IMG/VR virus record: IMGVR_UViG_2883068021_000001
Location: 1 to 64,000 of that record
Reading direction: 5' to 3' (one strand)
DNA length: 64,000 nucleotides
Source of the DNA: a virus
Taxonomy: Duplodnaviria > Caudoviricetes
The notes under the pieces were generated by a model, which searched no databases, was not told where the DNA came from, and saw nothing but the letters and a program-made list of their open reading frames with translations. This document shows positions 45,738-53,101 of this stretch, piece after piece. Within the stretch, counting starts at the first letter, position 1, and each line of letters opens with the position of its first letter. The position numbers and the translations under genes were made by a program.

Positions 45738-45908
45738 TTATTGGTTATTAGATGTACTATTATTATTGTTATCGCCAGATGAAGTTGTCGTAGCTTGACT
45801 ACTATTACTATTGTTTGTCGAAGCCTTGGGAGGTGGAGGAACCACTCTTCCCAACTTTTCTTGGACTAATTCTCTAGGCATCACCTTTGTTTCTTTCTCT
45901 TTGCTCAT
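45738..45908 (-). CDS. 56-aa low-complexity peptide with PPPP
   Basis: Translated by hand: MSKEKETKVMPRELVQEKLGRVVPPPPKASTNNSNSSQATTTSSGDNNNNSTSNNQ; gaps of 3 and 11 nt to its neighbours. Confidence 0.7.
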   Translation of the reverse strand: MSKEKETKVMPRELVQEKLGRVVPPPPKASTNNSNSSQATTTSSGDNNNNSTSNNQ

Positions 45909-45911
45909 ACA

Positions 45912-46301
45912 TTATATATTTATTGATGAAAAAATTAAAATTGAAAGAATCCCTAAAATCAATGTAATGATTGTACCTACATTTATTAAAGTAATCCATC
46001 TTGTCCTCTTCGCATGTTTCGTCTCGGAGCCACATTGATATTCAATAAGAGTTTTGTAATTATATTGGGCAGAAAGGAAATGAGAAAAAAGATTGGAAAA
46101 AAGAGTTATGGCTAAAAGAATCCAACCAGATTTAAGTAACCACTTATTGCAGGCAGTGCTAAGTGGGACTATTTTCTCTATAAAAAGCATGGATAATCCC
46201 AATGCACCAGCACTGATAAAACTTAACTGTTTCTCAAAATCATCCTGGCTTTTAGTCAGTGTATCTGATAAACTTTTTTGATAATCCTTATCTAAATCCA
46301 T
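45912..46301 (-). CDS. 3-TM membrane protein
   Basis: FEKQLSFISAGALGLSMLFIEKIV plus two further hydrophobic helices. Confidence 0.75.
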   Translation of the reverse strand: MDLDKDYQKSLSDTLTKSQDDFEKQLSFISAGALGLSMLFIEKIVPLSTACNKWLLKSGWILLAITLFSNLFSHFLSAQYNYKTLIEYQCGSETKHAKRTRWITLINVGTIITLILGILSILIFSSINI

Positions 46302-46515
46302 AGGTTGATATTACATTATATCAAATATACTAAATTATTTAGTAAATAAACCTTACATGATTTTCCACAATTATGTTTGAGTAAATGTTTATCTGCACTA
46401 TGTTTGAATAAATACCTATCTAGTCCAATCTCCCTATTTTTAGCTAAATTTTTCCAGCCCCAAATTTTTCGATGTTTAATTAATATATAGCATAATTGAA
46501 ATTCCTTCCTGCCCT

Positions 46516-46592
46516 CCCCCTCATATAAATGTAAGTAGCGACCACCCCATTTAATACACCCCCTCTTAATATCAGGTTCAGGGTATACCCCA
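46516..46592. repeat. Two tandem bipartite boxes CCCCCTC-N21-ACCCCA
   Basis: Units at 46516-46549 and 46559-46592; the second overlaps the palindrome GGGTATACCC (46581-46590). Confidence 0.7.
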
Positions 46593-46635
46593 CCTTTTTT
46601 ATCAACTAGTTATATAATTCCTAATCCTTACAACT

Positions 46636-46929
46636 ATGGTTACTATTAAGAATTTTAAAGTGCATGCTGATGCACAGGGGAAATCATTTGTCTCCCTGGA
46701 GCTGATAGGTGATATTGAAATGATCCAATCCAAACAATCAGGGAGATTTTACGCTACAGTCAGGAAATGCTTTATTTCTTCAACTTTTGATGAAACCACA
46801 GCCAGGCTGATGGTTGGAAAATCCATCGAAGGAAACATTGTAAAACAGGAATGTGAACCCTACGACTTTATTATGCACGAAACTGGGGAAGCAGTAAAGC
46901 TGACCCATCAATATGCATATGTACCTTAA
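46636..46929 (+). CDS. Conserved Bacteroidota element protein
   Basis: 97 aa, FVSLEL.GDIEMIQS..GRFYAT..K..ISSTFDE; first gene of the rightward cluster. Confidence 0.7.
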   Translation: MVTIKNFKVHADAQGKSFVSLELIGDIEMIQSKQSGRFYATVRKCFISSTFDETTARLMVGKSIEGNIVKQECEPYDFIMHETGEAVKLTHQYAYVP

Positions 46930-47024
46930 TCACATAATCCCATCCAATTAATTCATTCACCCAATCAGATGAAGGGCAGGACTACAAAGGTTTTGCCCTT
47001 TTTCTTTTCCTAAAAGTTCAAAAA

Positions 47025-48008
47025 ATGGAACAAGCTATTTTGCAAACTCCCTCTCACCAGGGAACTTATATTGATTTTGAGGAAACTTCTACCTCCAAAC
47101 CTTTCCTACAAGCCAATACAGAGGAATTTCCTCTGGCACACATCAGGAAAGACCACACAATCCCCTGTTTCGCGAAGGACAATGAGCCTTTAATCAGCCA
47201 TTATGATTTTATCGAACTGACCTCCCAGGTAGCAGTAGAAGTATTTTCCCAGGAATCCATTTTAAGCCCTTCCATCAGGCTAAGCCATCCTATTAAAGGC
47301 AGAATCCCTGAAGCCAAAGAAAAGGCAGCAAAAGACCTATTGGATCACGAAAAGACCCTGTATTTCGAAAGGATGGCTTTTATCATTGAAATCCCCAGCA
47401 TCTCAGATTCCATCGAAGGGAATAACCTCACCCTTACCCTGGGAGGAGTAAAAGCCTACAACCTGGAGAACTTATACACCAAGAAAGGTGCTGATGAGCA
47501 TTTCAAGGTATTTATTGGGTTCCAGAATAAGGTTTGCACAAACTTATGTGTAAGGACTGATGGCTATATGGCAGATTTGAAGGTGAAGAATATGGCGCAG
47601 CTCAAAAATGCTATATACTCTCTGTTCAGCCAATACAATGCATCCCAGCACATTCAAAAACTCAGGAATTTCACCAACTATGATATTTCTGAGCAGCAGT
47701 TTGTCCACCTCATTGGGAAATGTAAGTTGTTCAATTATCTGCCTCCTGCCATGAAAGCAGGCATTTCCCCTCTTCTGTTTGGTGACACCCAGCTCAGCAC
47801 TGTTTGCAGGGATTATTACAGGGACGATAGCTTTTGTAGAAATGAGGATGGTAGCATCAACCTCTGGAGGTTATATAACCTATTCACTGGAGCCAATAAA
47901 AGTTCCTACATCGACACATTCCTGGACAGATCACTGAATGCCTTCCAGTTTACTGAGGAAATCAGGCGAGCCCTGGACAACCACCAATCCAGTTGGTTCC
48001 TGACCTAA
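47025..48008 (+). CDS. DUF3871-family protein
   Basis: PFLQANTEE...IPCFAKDNE..ISH.DFI...FIGFQNKVCTNLCV...INLWRLYNLFTGANKSSYID. Confidence 0.85.
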   Translation: MEQAILQTPSHQGTYIDFEETSTSKPFLQANTEEFPLAHIRKDHTIPCFAKDNEPLISHYDFIELTSQVAVEVFSQESILSPSIRLSHPIKGRIPEAKEKAAKDLLDHEKTLYFERMAFIIEIPSISDSIEGNNLTLTLGGVKAYNLENLYTKKGADEHFKVFIGFQNKVCTNLCVRTDGYMADLKVKNMAQLKNAIYSLFSQYNASQHIQKLRNFTNYDISEQQFVHLIGKCKLFNYLPPAMKAGISPLLFGDTQLSTVCRDYYRDDSFCRNEDGSINLWRLYNLFTGANKSSYIDTFLDRSLNAFQFTEEIRRALDNHQSSWFLT

Positions 48009-48033
48009 CATCTATTCTTTAAAATTTATTTAC

Positions 48034-48375
48034 ATGAACGACATTGGCAGAAAAATTTACCTGCTGCGACTGATCCATAATTACACCCAGGCTTATGTTG
48101 CAGAGGAATTGGGCATAGGGCATTCCACTTATTTAGCTCTGGAACAAGATGCTTCCAGAATACCCATCACCAGACTGCAAAAGCTGGTTGGAATATATGG
48201 CCTGACCCTGGGAGATTTCTTCTCTTTTGATGTGGATGGCCTGATGAAAGTAATTACTGGACAAAAGGAGGCTGCTACGAACCAAGTGAGTATTTCTCCA
48301 AAATGCCTGATTCACCAGCTCCAATCCCTTAACAAACTACTCTTTCAGCTCTTGGAAGAATCCACAGCAGCCTGA
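48034..48375 (+). CDS. XRE-family HTH protein
   Basis: YTQAYVAEELGIGHSTYLALEQ. Confidence 0.85.
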   Translation: MNDIGRKIYLLRLIHNYTQAYVAEELGIGHSTYLALEQDASRIPITRLQKLVGIYGLTLGDFFSFDVDGLMKVITGQKEAATNQVSISPKCLIHQLQSLNKLLFQLLEESTAA

Positions 48376-48395
48376 TACTTTTTCAAAATTTCACC

Positions 48396-48434
48396 TTACC
48401 CATCTTACCTCCTGGTAGGGTGGGTAACTTTTTT
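48396..48434 (+). terminator. Intrinsic terminator
   Basis: TTACCCATCTTACC-tcct-GGTAGGGTGGGTAA followed by a T-tract. Confidence 0.7.
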
Positions 48435-48456
48435 TAAACCAATAAATGTTTTAACG

Positions 48457-48975
48457 ATGGCAGAAGATCAATTAGCCAAATTCCAGGATTTCTGCAAAGC
48501 AGCCATCCTGGCAGATCAAACTTATCTTGTAAACAGTTTCCTGCTGAGTAATGATGAATCCCTCCACTCCTTCATCCACAACCCACTTGTGTATGATGTG
48601 CTGATAGATGGCCATGTCCATAGAGGAACCTGCCTCCTGGTAAAAGACCTCCTGATGCGCAAGGACAGGGAAATTTCCATTCTCCAGAAAGAAATCCTCC
48701 ACACCCTGGACGATGAAAAAGTCAAACAACTCCAGGACAGGGTTGAAAAAGTCAAACTGGAAAGGGAAGTCCTCGACAAAGCAGCCCCCAAGGAAAGGTA
48801 CATTTACGAATGGCTCCTGGTGCCTCACTGGATGGGGGATGAACTGATTCTCTTGGGAGAGGTAGTTTTCAGGGGTTATGGCTGCAACTTTTGGGGTACA
48901 ACCTCCATCCTGAGGGAAAATTACAGGAAGGAAGATACCCTCCTGGGCATTTTCGAGGAATTGCATAATCATTAA
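48457..48975 (+). CDS. Hypothetical protein (phage-like C-terminus)
   Basis: YIYEWLLVPHW....L...GEVVF......FWG pattern seen in phage/MGE proteins. Confidence 0.65.
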   Translation: MAEDQLAKFQDFCKAAILADQTYLVNSFLLSNDESLHSFIHNPLVYDVLIDGHVHRGTCLLVKDLLMRKDREISILQKEILHTLDDEKVKQLQDRVEKVKLEREVLDKAAPKERYIYEWLLVPHWMGDELILLGEVVFRGYGCNFWGTTSILRENYRKEDTLLGIFEELHNH

Positions 48976-48985
48976 TACTAATATC

Positions 48986-49231
48986 ATGGATCTTCCTGAA
49001 GAACCCAACAGCATGAGCATGCTCGAAAATTTGCATAAGCACTTCGATAATGCAGGTAAAGCCTTTAAAGACAGGGTTTGCCTGGACTGTGATTTCTCAA
49101 ATGCCACCTATTACAGGAAAGTATCTACCTCCAAATATGCCACTATCACCAGGGCAGAAAGGGACAGAATACTGGAGATAGCAGAATATATCGTAGGCAA
49201 GCTCAATGACTGTATCAGCCTCTATAAGTAA
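48986..49231 (+). CDS. Hypothetical HTH-like protein
   Basis: 81 aa, FKDRVCLDCDFSNATYYRKV. Confidence 0.6.
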   Translation: MDLPEEPNSMSMLENLHKHFDNAGKAFKDRVCLDCDFSNATYYRKVSTSKYATITRAERDRILEIAEYIVGKLNDCISLYK

Positions 49232-49358
49232 CAAAAAAGCAGTAATTTGACTGCATCTTCAAACCAGCTCCTTTCACTGGAAGGTATGGCCTAAGGTATC
49301 AAAAATGTATTATGATCGTAGAATCAAGCACTGTTAAGGCTTTCCAGGATGGGTTTTC

Positions 49359-49417
49359 ATCCCTTCTCCTCCGCAAGCTTTAAATGCTCATTGACTTCGG
49401 TCTTTGGGCATTTTTTG
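49359..49417 (+). repeat. Right 59-bp direct repeat (attR) of element 1
   Basis: Identical to 36029-36087; the T-loop upstream is degenerate (GGGTTTTCAT). Confidence 0.95.
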
Positions 49418-49601
49418 GTTTTTAGCGCTTCCGCAACGGCCAATCGTATTACCGCTCACCTGCCCGCCCAAAAACAGGAATGCCCTACCAGGGATCGCCT
49501 ACCTCGGATCCCCCTTTATCATTCCGGCATTAATCCATACAATTCGTACCTCAACATACTTTGTTGTATATTGAGTTTCCAAACATCCATAAACAATACC
49601 T

Positions 49602-50546
49602 ATGAGACAATTTCTCTTAACCCTGGCTGTGGCCGTTTCAATCCCCGTTTCCCTTTCCGCCCAAAGCAACACTTTTCCCGCAACAGGCAACGCCGGCATC
49701 GGCACTACTTCGCCTCAGGCGCCGTTGCAGATTGTATCTACAGGGCGGACGTATGTCGTTAACAAATTCATCGCCAACAATTCGGAAGACTCCCAGGGCA
49801 CCAATTATATTCTACTGCATCCCATTTATGTTGGCACGCTTATCCAGGATTACCAGGTGTCAGGGAAGATCAGTGCTGTAAGAGGAAGCGCGGGGTCCTA
49901 CAATCGCAAATGGACGATGGAGGTCAATACTTCCAGCGCCTACAACGGCAACATCGGGACCCTGCTTTGTTACAACGAACCTACGACAATCGTTATTGTT
50001 ACTTATAACAGCGTCAAATATATGGCGCTCGAAATAACCAATAATTATTCCTTGTACTATTTCACCTTCACCGGCTATACTACCAATGCAACTTTAACAT
50101 TGGTCAAAGACGAGGAAGTAACTTTAGTTGAGCCTTTCATGGCCAACTATATCCAGACACCCGGAGGGTTCAAGGCCAATACGCTCATCATTCCAGGCAG
50201 CGCCACCATTGGCACCCATACTATGGCGACAGGCACCGCCAAACTAGCTGTGGAAGGCACGATCGCCGCGCGGAAGGTGAAAGTCCAGGCTACAGGCTGG
50301 CCAGATTTCGTGTTTGCGGATGACTATGCTTTACAGCCGTTGGATTCGGTAGCCGCGTTCGTCCGCGCCAACAAGCACTTGCCCGGCATTCCCAGCGAGG
50401 CGGAAGTGAAAAAGGACGGGCACGATCTCGGAGATATGAATGCCCGGCTTTTGCAGAAGGTGGAGGAACTGACGCTTTATCTTATCGAAATGAAAAAAGA
50501 GAATGCCGATATGAAAAAACGGCTGGAAAAGCTGGAAGGGAAATAA
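49602..50546 (+). CDS. Secreted tail-fibre-like protein with C-terminal intramolecular-chaperone-like domain
   Basis: Signal peptide SLSA-Q; GIGTTSPQAPLQI; WPDFVF...HLPGIPS...LLQKVEELTLYLIE. Confidence 0.8.
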   Translation: MRQFLLTLAVAVSIPVSLSAQSNTFPATGNAGIGTTSPQAPLQIVSTGRTYVVNKFIANNSEDSQGTNYILLHPIYVGTLIQDYQVSGKISAVRGSAGSYNRKWTMEVNTSSAYNGNIGTLLCYNEPTTIVIVTYNSVKYMALEITNNYSLYYFTFTGYTTNATLTLVKDEEVTLVEPFMANYIQTPGGFKANTLIIPGSATIGTHTMATGTAKLAVEGTIAARKVKVQATGWPDFVFADDYALQPLDSVAAFVRANKHLPGIPSEAEVKKDGHDLGDMNARLLQKVEELTLYLIEMKKENADMKKRLEKLEGK

Positions 50547-50550
50547 ATTC

Positions 50551-50584
50551 AAAAGGCCTGCAACTCAACACTGCAGGCCTTTTT
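50551..50584. terminator. Bidirectional intrinsic terminator
   Basis: AAAAGGCCTGCA-actcaacac-TGCAGGCCTTTT between convergent genes. Confidence 0.85.
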
Positions 50585-50608
50585 GCTGTAATAATATGCG
50601 AAGCCCGG

Positions 50609-50944
50609 TTACGCCGCCGACTGATCATCCACCTCTCCTTCAGGTGCATTTTTCTTCACCGAATCGATCCCGCCGTCGCGGGTCGTTTCCGAGGAATATT
50701 GCTGGCTGGTGCCGATGATCTGGCCGTTGGCAGCTTTCAGGTTGAAGTAGAATTTCCCGCCGGCGTTCGATTTCCGCTCGAAACGCTCGTCTTGCCGGGC
50801 ATTGTTGCGAACGGAATCGATCCCGTTCTGACAGGCTGCTTTGGAAGAATATCCTTCGCTGGTGAGGATAACTTCGCCGTTACCGGCTTTCAGATTGAAC
50901 TGAAATTCTCCGTTCGATCTTTTGGTGATGACAAATTTACTCAT
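50609..50944 (-). CDS. yegP: YegP-family protein (tandem DUF1508)
   Basis: Two FNLKAxNGxVI.TSxxY repeats. Confidence 0.9.
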   Translation of the reverse strand: MSKFVITKRSNGEFQFNLKAGNGEVILTSEGYSSKAACQNGIDSVRNNARQDERFERKSNAGGKFYFNLKAANGQIIGTSQQYSSETTRDGGIDSVKKNAPEGEVDDQSAA

Positions 50945-51049
50945 AGGATGCTATTTTAGTTGATTCGAAAGTTAACAAAAATAAACAACCATTGCTACTG
51001 ACATAAGGCTGTCACGCCTCATTATTTATTTGCATCAAAATTAGACCCA

Positions 51050-51670
51050 ATGGAAAAACTGGACCTCGCAAAAAAGTACAAAACCTATTACAGCGCCGCA
51101 TCCAAGCCGGAAATCGTAGACATCGGCCCGGCGCACTACCTTTCCCTGACCGGTTCCGGCGACCCTTCCGGAGAAGCGTTCGCGGCCAACATCGCCACCC
51201 TCTACCCTGTGGCCTATGCCATTAAATTCCGCTGCAAAGCGCGCGAAAACGACTTTACCGTAGCCAAGCTCGAAGGCCAGTGGTGGTTCGACATGGACGC
51301 CTATCCCGGCCTTACGATGGCCGACGCGCCGGCCAGGGTTCCGCGGAGTGAATGGTCGTACCGGTTGCTCATCCGGCTTCCCGATTTCGTAACGGAAGAA
51401 GACGTAGCCGCCGGCATTGCCGCGGCGTCGAAAAAAGGGGTGGAAAAGGCGAAAGACGTACGGTTGTTTTCCATGCATGAAGGAAAATCGCTGCAGATGC
51501 TGCATAAAGGGCCGTTTAGCCGCGAAGGTGAGTCCCTGCAGGTGATGCATGAGTACATGGTCGCCCAAAACCTTTCCCACAACGGGCTACATCACGAGAT
51601 CTACCTTTCCGACTTCCGGAAAACCGCTCCGGAGAAATTGAAAACGATATTGCGGGAACCGGTTAAGTAA
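51050..51670 (+). CDS. GyrI-like small-molecule-binding protein
   Basis: LDLAKKYKTYY...LEGQWW...QMLHKGPF...HHEIYLSDFRK...KLKTILR.PV. Confidence 0.85.
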   Translation: MEKLDLAKKYKTYYSAASKPEIVDIGPAHYLSLTGSGDPSGEAFAANIATLYPVAYAIKFRCKARENDFTVAKLEGQWWFDMDAYPGLTMADAPARVPRSEWSYRLLIRLPDFVTEEDVAAGIAAASKKGVEKAKDVRLFSMHEGKSLQMLHKGPFSREGESLQVMHEYMVAQNLSHNGLHHEIYLSDFRKTAPEKLKTILREPVK

Positions 51671-51671
51671 T

Positions 51672-52586
51672 TCACATATCCGCTCCTTCCCGCTGCAGGA
51701 GCCAATTTCCCAGTTCCATGACATCCTTCGGCCGCGCGCCGGGGTCGATCATGCGGGCCGCTGCGGCACAGATGTCCGCCGGCGACATTCCCTGTTCGCG
51801 CATGAACCGGATGGAGGTATCTCCTACGGATTTGGAGAGTTTGTGGCCCGAGGGGCTTTCCAGCAGGGGGTGATGCCAGAAAACGGTCTGCGCGAACGGG
51901 TTGGGCGGCAACAGGGACGCGAGATAGAGTTGACCGAGGGTCGAAGGCAAAAGATCTTCGCCCCTCACTACCAGGTTTACCCCGAATTGAAGATCGTCTG
52001 CCACGGAAGCCAGCTGGTAGGCGGGCTCTCCGTTTTTCTTGCGTACCACGAAGTCGTACATGGAAGGCGGTAAGCGCATGGGCGGGGGCTTCATCCCGAT
52101 GGATTGCATGGGAATGATCGCGTCCGGGTCGGTGAAGATCCGCCAGGCCACGCCAGGTTGATCGAGCGGTATATTTTTATGGCGGCAGGTACCGGGATAG
52201 TTTCCGTCTACCAGTTGCGTACGCGAGCAATCGCAGGCGAAGAGGTGGCCTTCAGCGCGAAGGTTATCCAGGAATTCGGCGTAGCGCGCCATCCGCAGGG
52301 ATTGCGACCAATTGCCGGTGAAATCGTCCGGATCGCGGGGGCCCTGGTGCCAGGGGATGTGCATATGATGAAGGGTATCGAATATGTCCTGGAGGTACGC
52401 GGGGCGGAGGCGGTCGCGGTCGAGGTCGTCGATACGGAGGAGGACCTTGGCCTGGAAGCGGTCTGCAAGTGCGATGGTGGCGGCAAACGACAGCAGGTTG
52501 CCCACATGCAGGAAACCGCTGGGCGTGGGGGCCAGTCGGGTGAGGCGGGGTGCCTGGGCTGTGGGAGAATGCTCGTTTTGCGACAT
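51672..52586 (-). CDS. gluQ: Glutamyl-queuosine tRNA(Asp) synthetase
   Basis: RLAPTPSGFLHVGN, CDCSR...Y..TC zinc site, YQLASVADD, KLSKS; 304 aa with no anticodon-binding domain. Confidence 0.85.
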   Translation of the reverse strand: MSQNEHSPTAQAPRLTRLAPTPSGFLHVGNLLSFAATIALADRFQAKVLLRIDDLDRDRLRPAYLQDIFDTLHHMHIPWHQGPRDPDDFTGNWSQSLRMARYAEFLDNLRAEGHLFACDCSRTQLVDGNYPGTCRHKNIPLDQPGVAWRIFTDPDAIIPMQSIGMKPPPMRLPPSMYDFVVRKKNGEPAYQLASVADDLQFGVNLVVRGEDLLPSTLGQLYLASLLPPNPFAQTVFWHHPLLESPSGHKLSKSVGDTSIRFMREQGMSPADICAAAARMIDPGARPKDVMELGNWLLQREGADM

Positions 52587-52598
52587 CGTAAAAAATGA

Positions 52599-52631
52599 TT
52601 TGTAAAATTACGGGACTTGTCGCTATATTTG
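52599..52631 (+). promoter_or_regulatory. Bacteroidota sigma-A promoter of tRNA-Asp
   Basis: -33 TTTG at 52599 and -7 TATATTTG at 52624, 21 nt apart. Confidence 0.75.
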
Positions 52632-52649
52632 CAACCCGGTTAACGGAAT

Positions 52650-52723
52650 GGATCGGTAGTTCAGTCGGTTAGAATGCCGCCCTGTCACGGCGGAGGTCGC
52701 GGGTTCGAGTCCCGTCCGGTCCG
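52650..52723 (+). tRNA. tRNA-Asp(GTC)
   Basis: Full cloverleaf: GGATCGG/CCGGTCC acceptor, CCGCC-CTGTCAC-GGCGG anticodon arm, GGGTTCGAGTCCC T-arm; CCA not encoded. Confidence 0.97.
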
Positions 52724-52738
52724 CACGATTTAGAAGAG

Positions 52739-52762
52739 ACCCGCGCTAGGCGCGGGTTTTCT
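52739..52762 (+). terminator. tRNA-Asp terminator
   Basis: ACCCGCGC-tag-GCGCGGGT followed by TTTCT. Confidence 0.85.
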
Positions 52763-53101
52763 GTTTTTAGTCGAGTATTTGGTCGAGTTCCCTTTTGTTT
52801 TCAATGATCTTTACGGAGGTTAACATACTTTAAGTTACGAAAAGTGACTTAAAAAGATGGGCGATTCAGTTTTCTCGTAAAAAAAACATGATCGCCCTCA
52901 ATCGCAGCTTAATCAAAAAAATCTTGATTAAACGACTATTCGAAATTGGGAATTTAGTTCATGAGTATGCTTAGTTAATAGCCTTAATTATTTTGAGCAT
53001 AGCAAGAAATTTACGCGATAACACATAATGGAATTACTTATGTATATTTGAGTGTTAAGCGCATTTAAAACCGGTTATCCGACAAAATTGAACTTATACC
53101 C

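Larger units (their letters stand above)
36029..49417. mobile_element. Integrative element 1 (~13.4 kb)
   Basis: 59-bp terminal direct repeats, adjacent integrase, and lower GC than the flanks. Confidence 0.92.

Noticed and set aside
47227-47237. Third copy of AGGTAGCAGTA inside DUF3871
   Set aside because: A single 11-mer in coding sequence far from either att; cannot be distinguished from chance.
48472-49107. 211-aa minus-strand ORF in element 1
   Set aside because: Antisense to two coherent plus-strand genes; no motifs.
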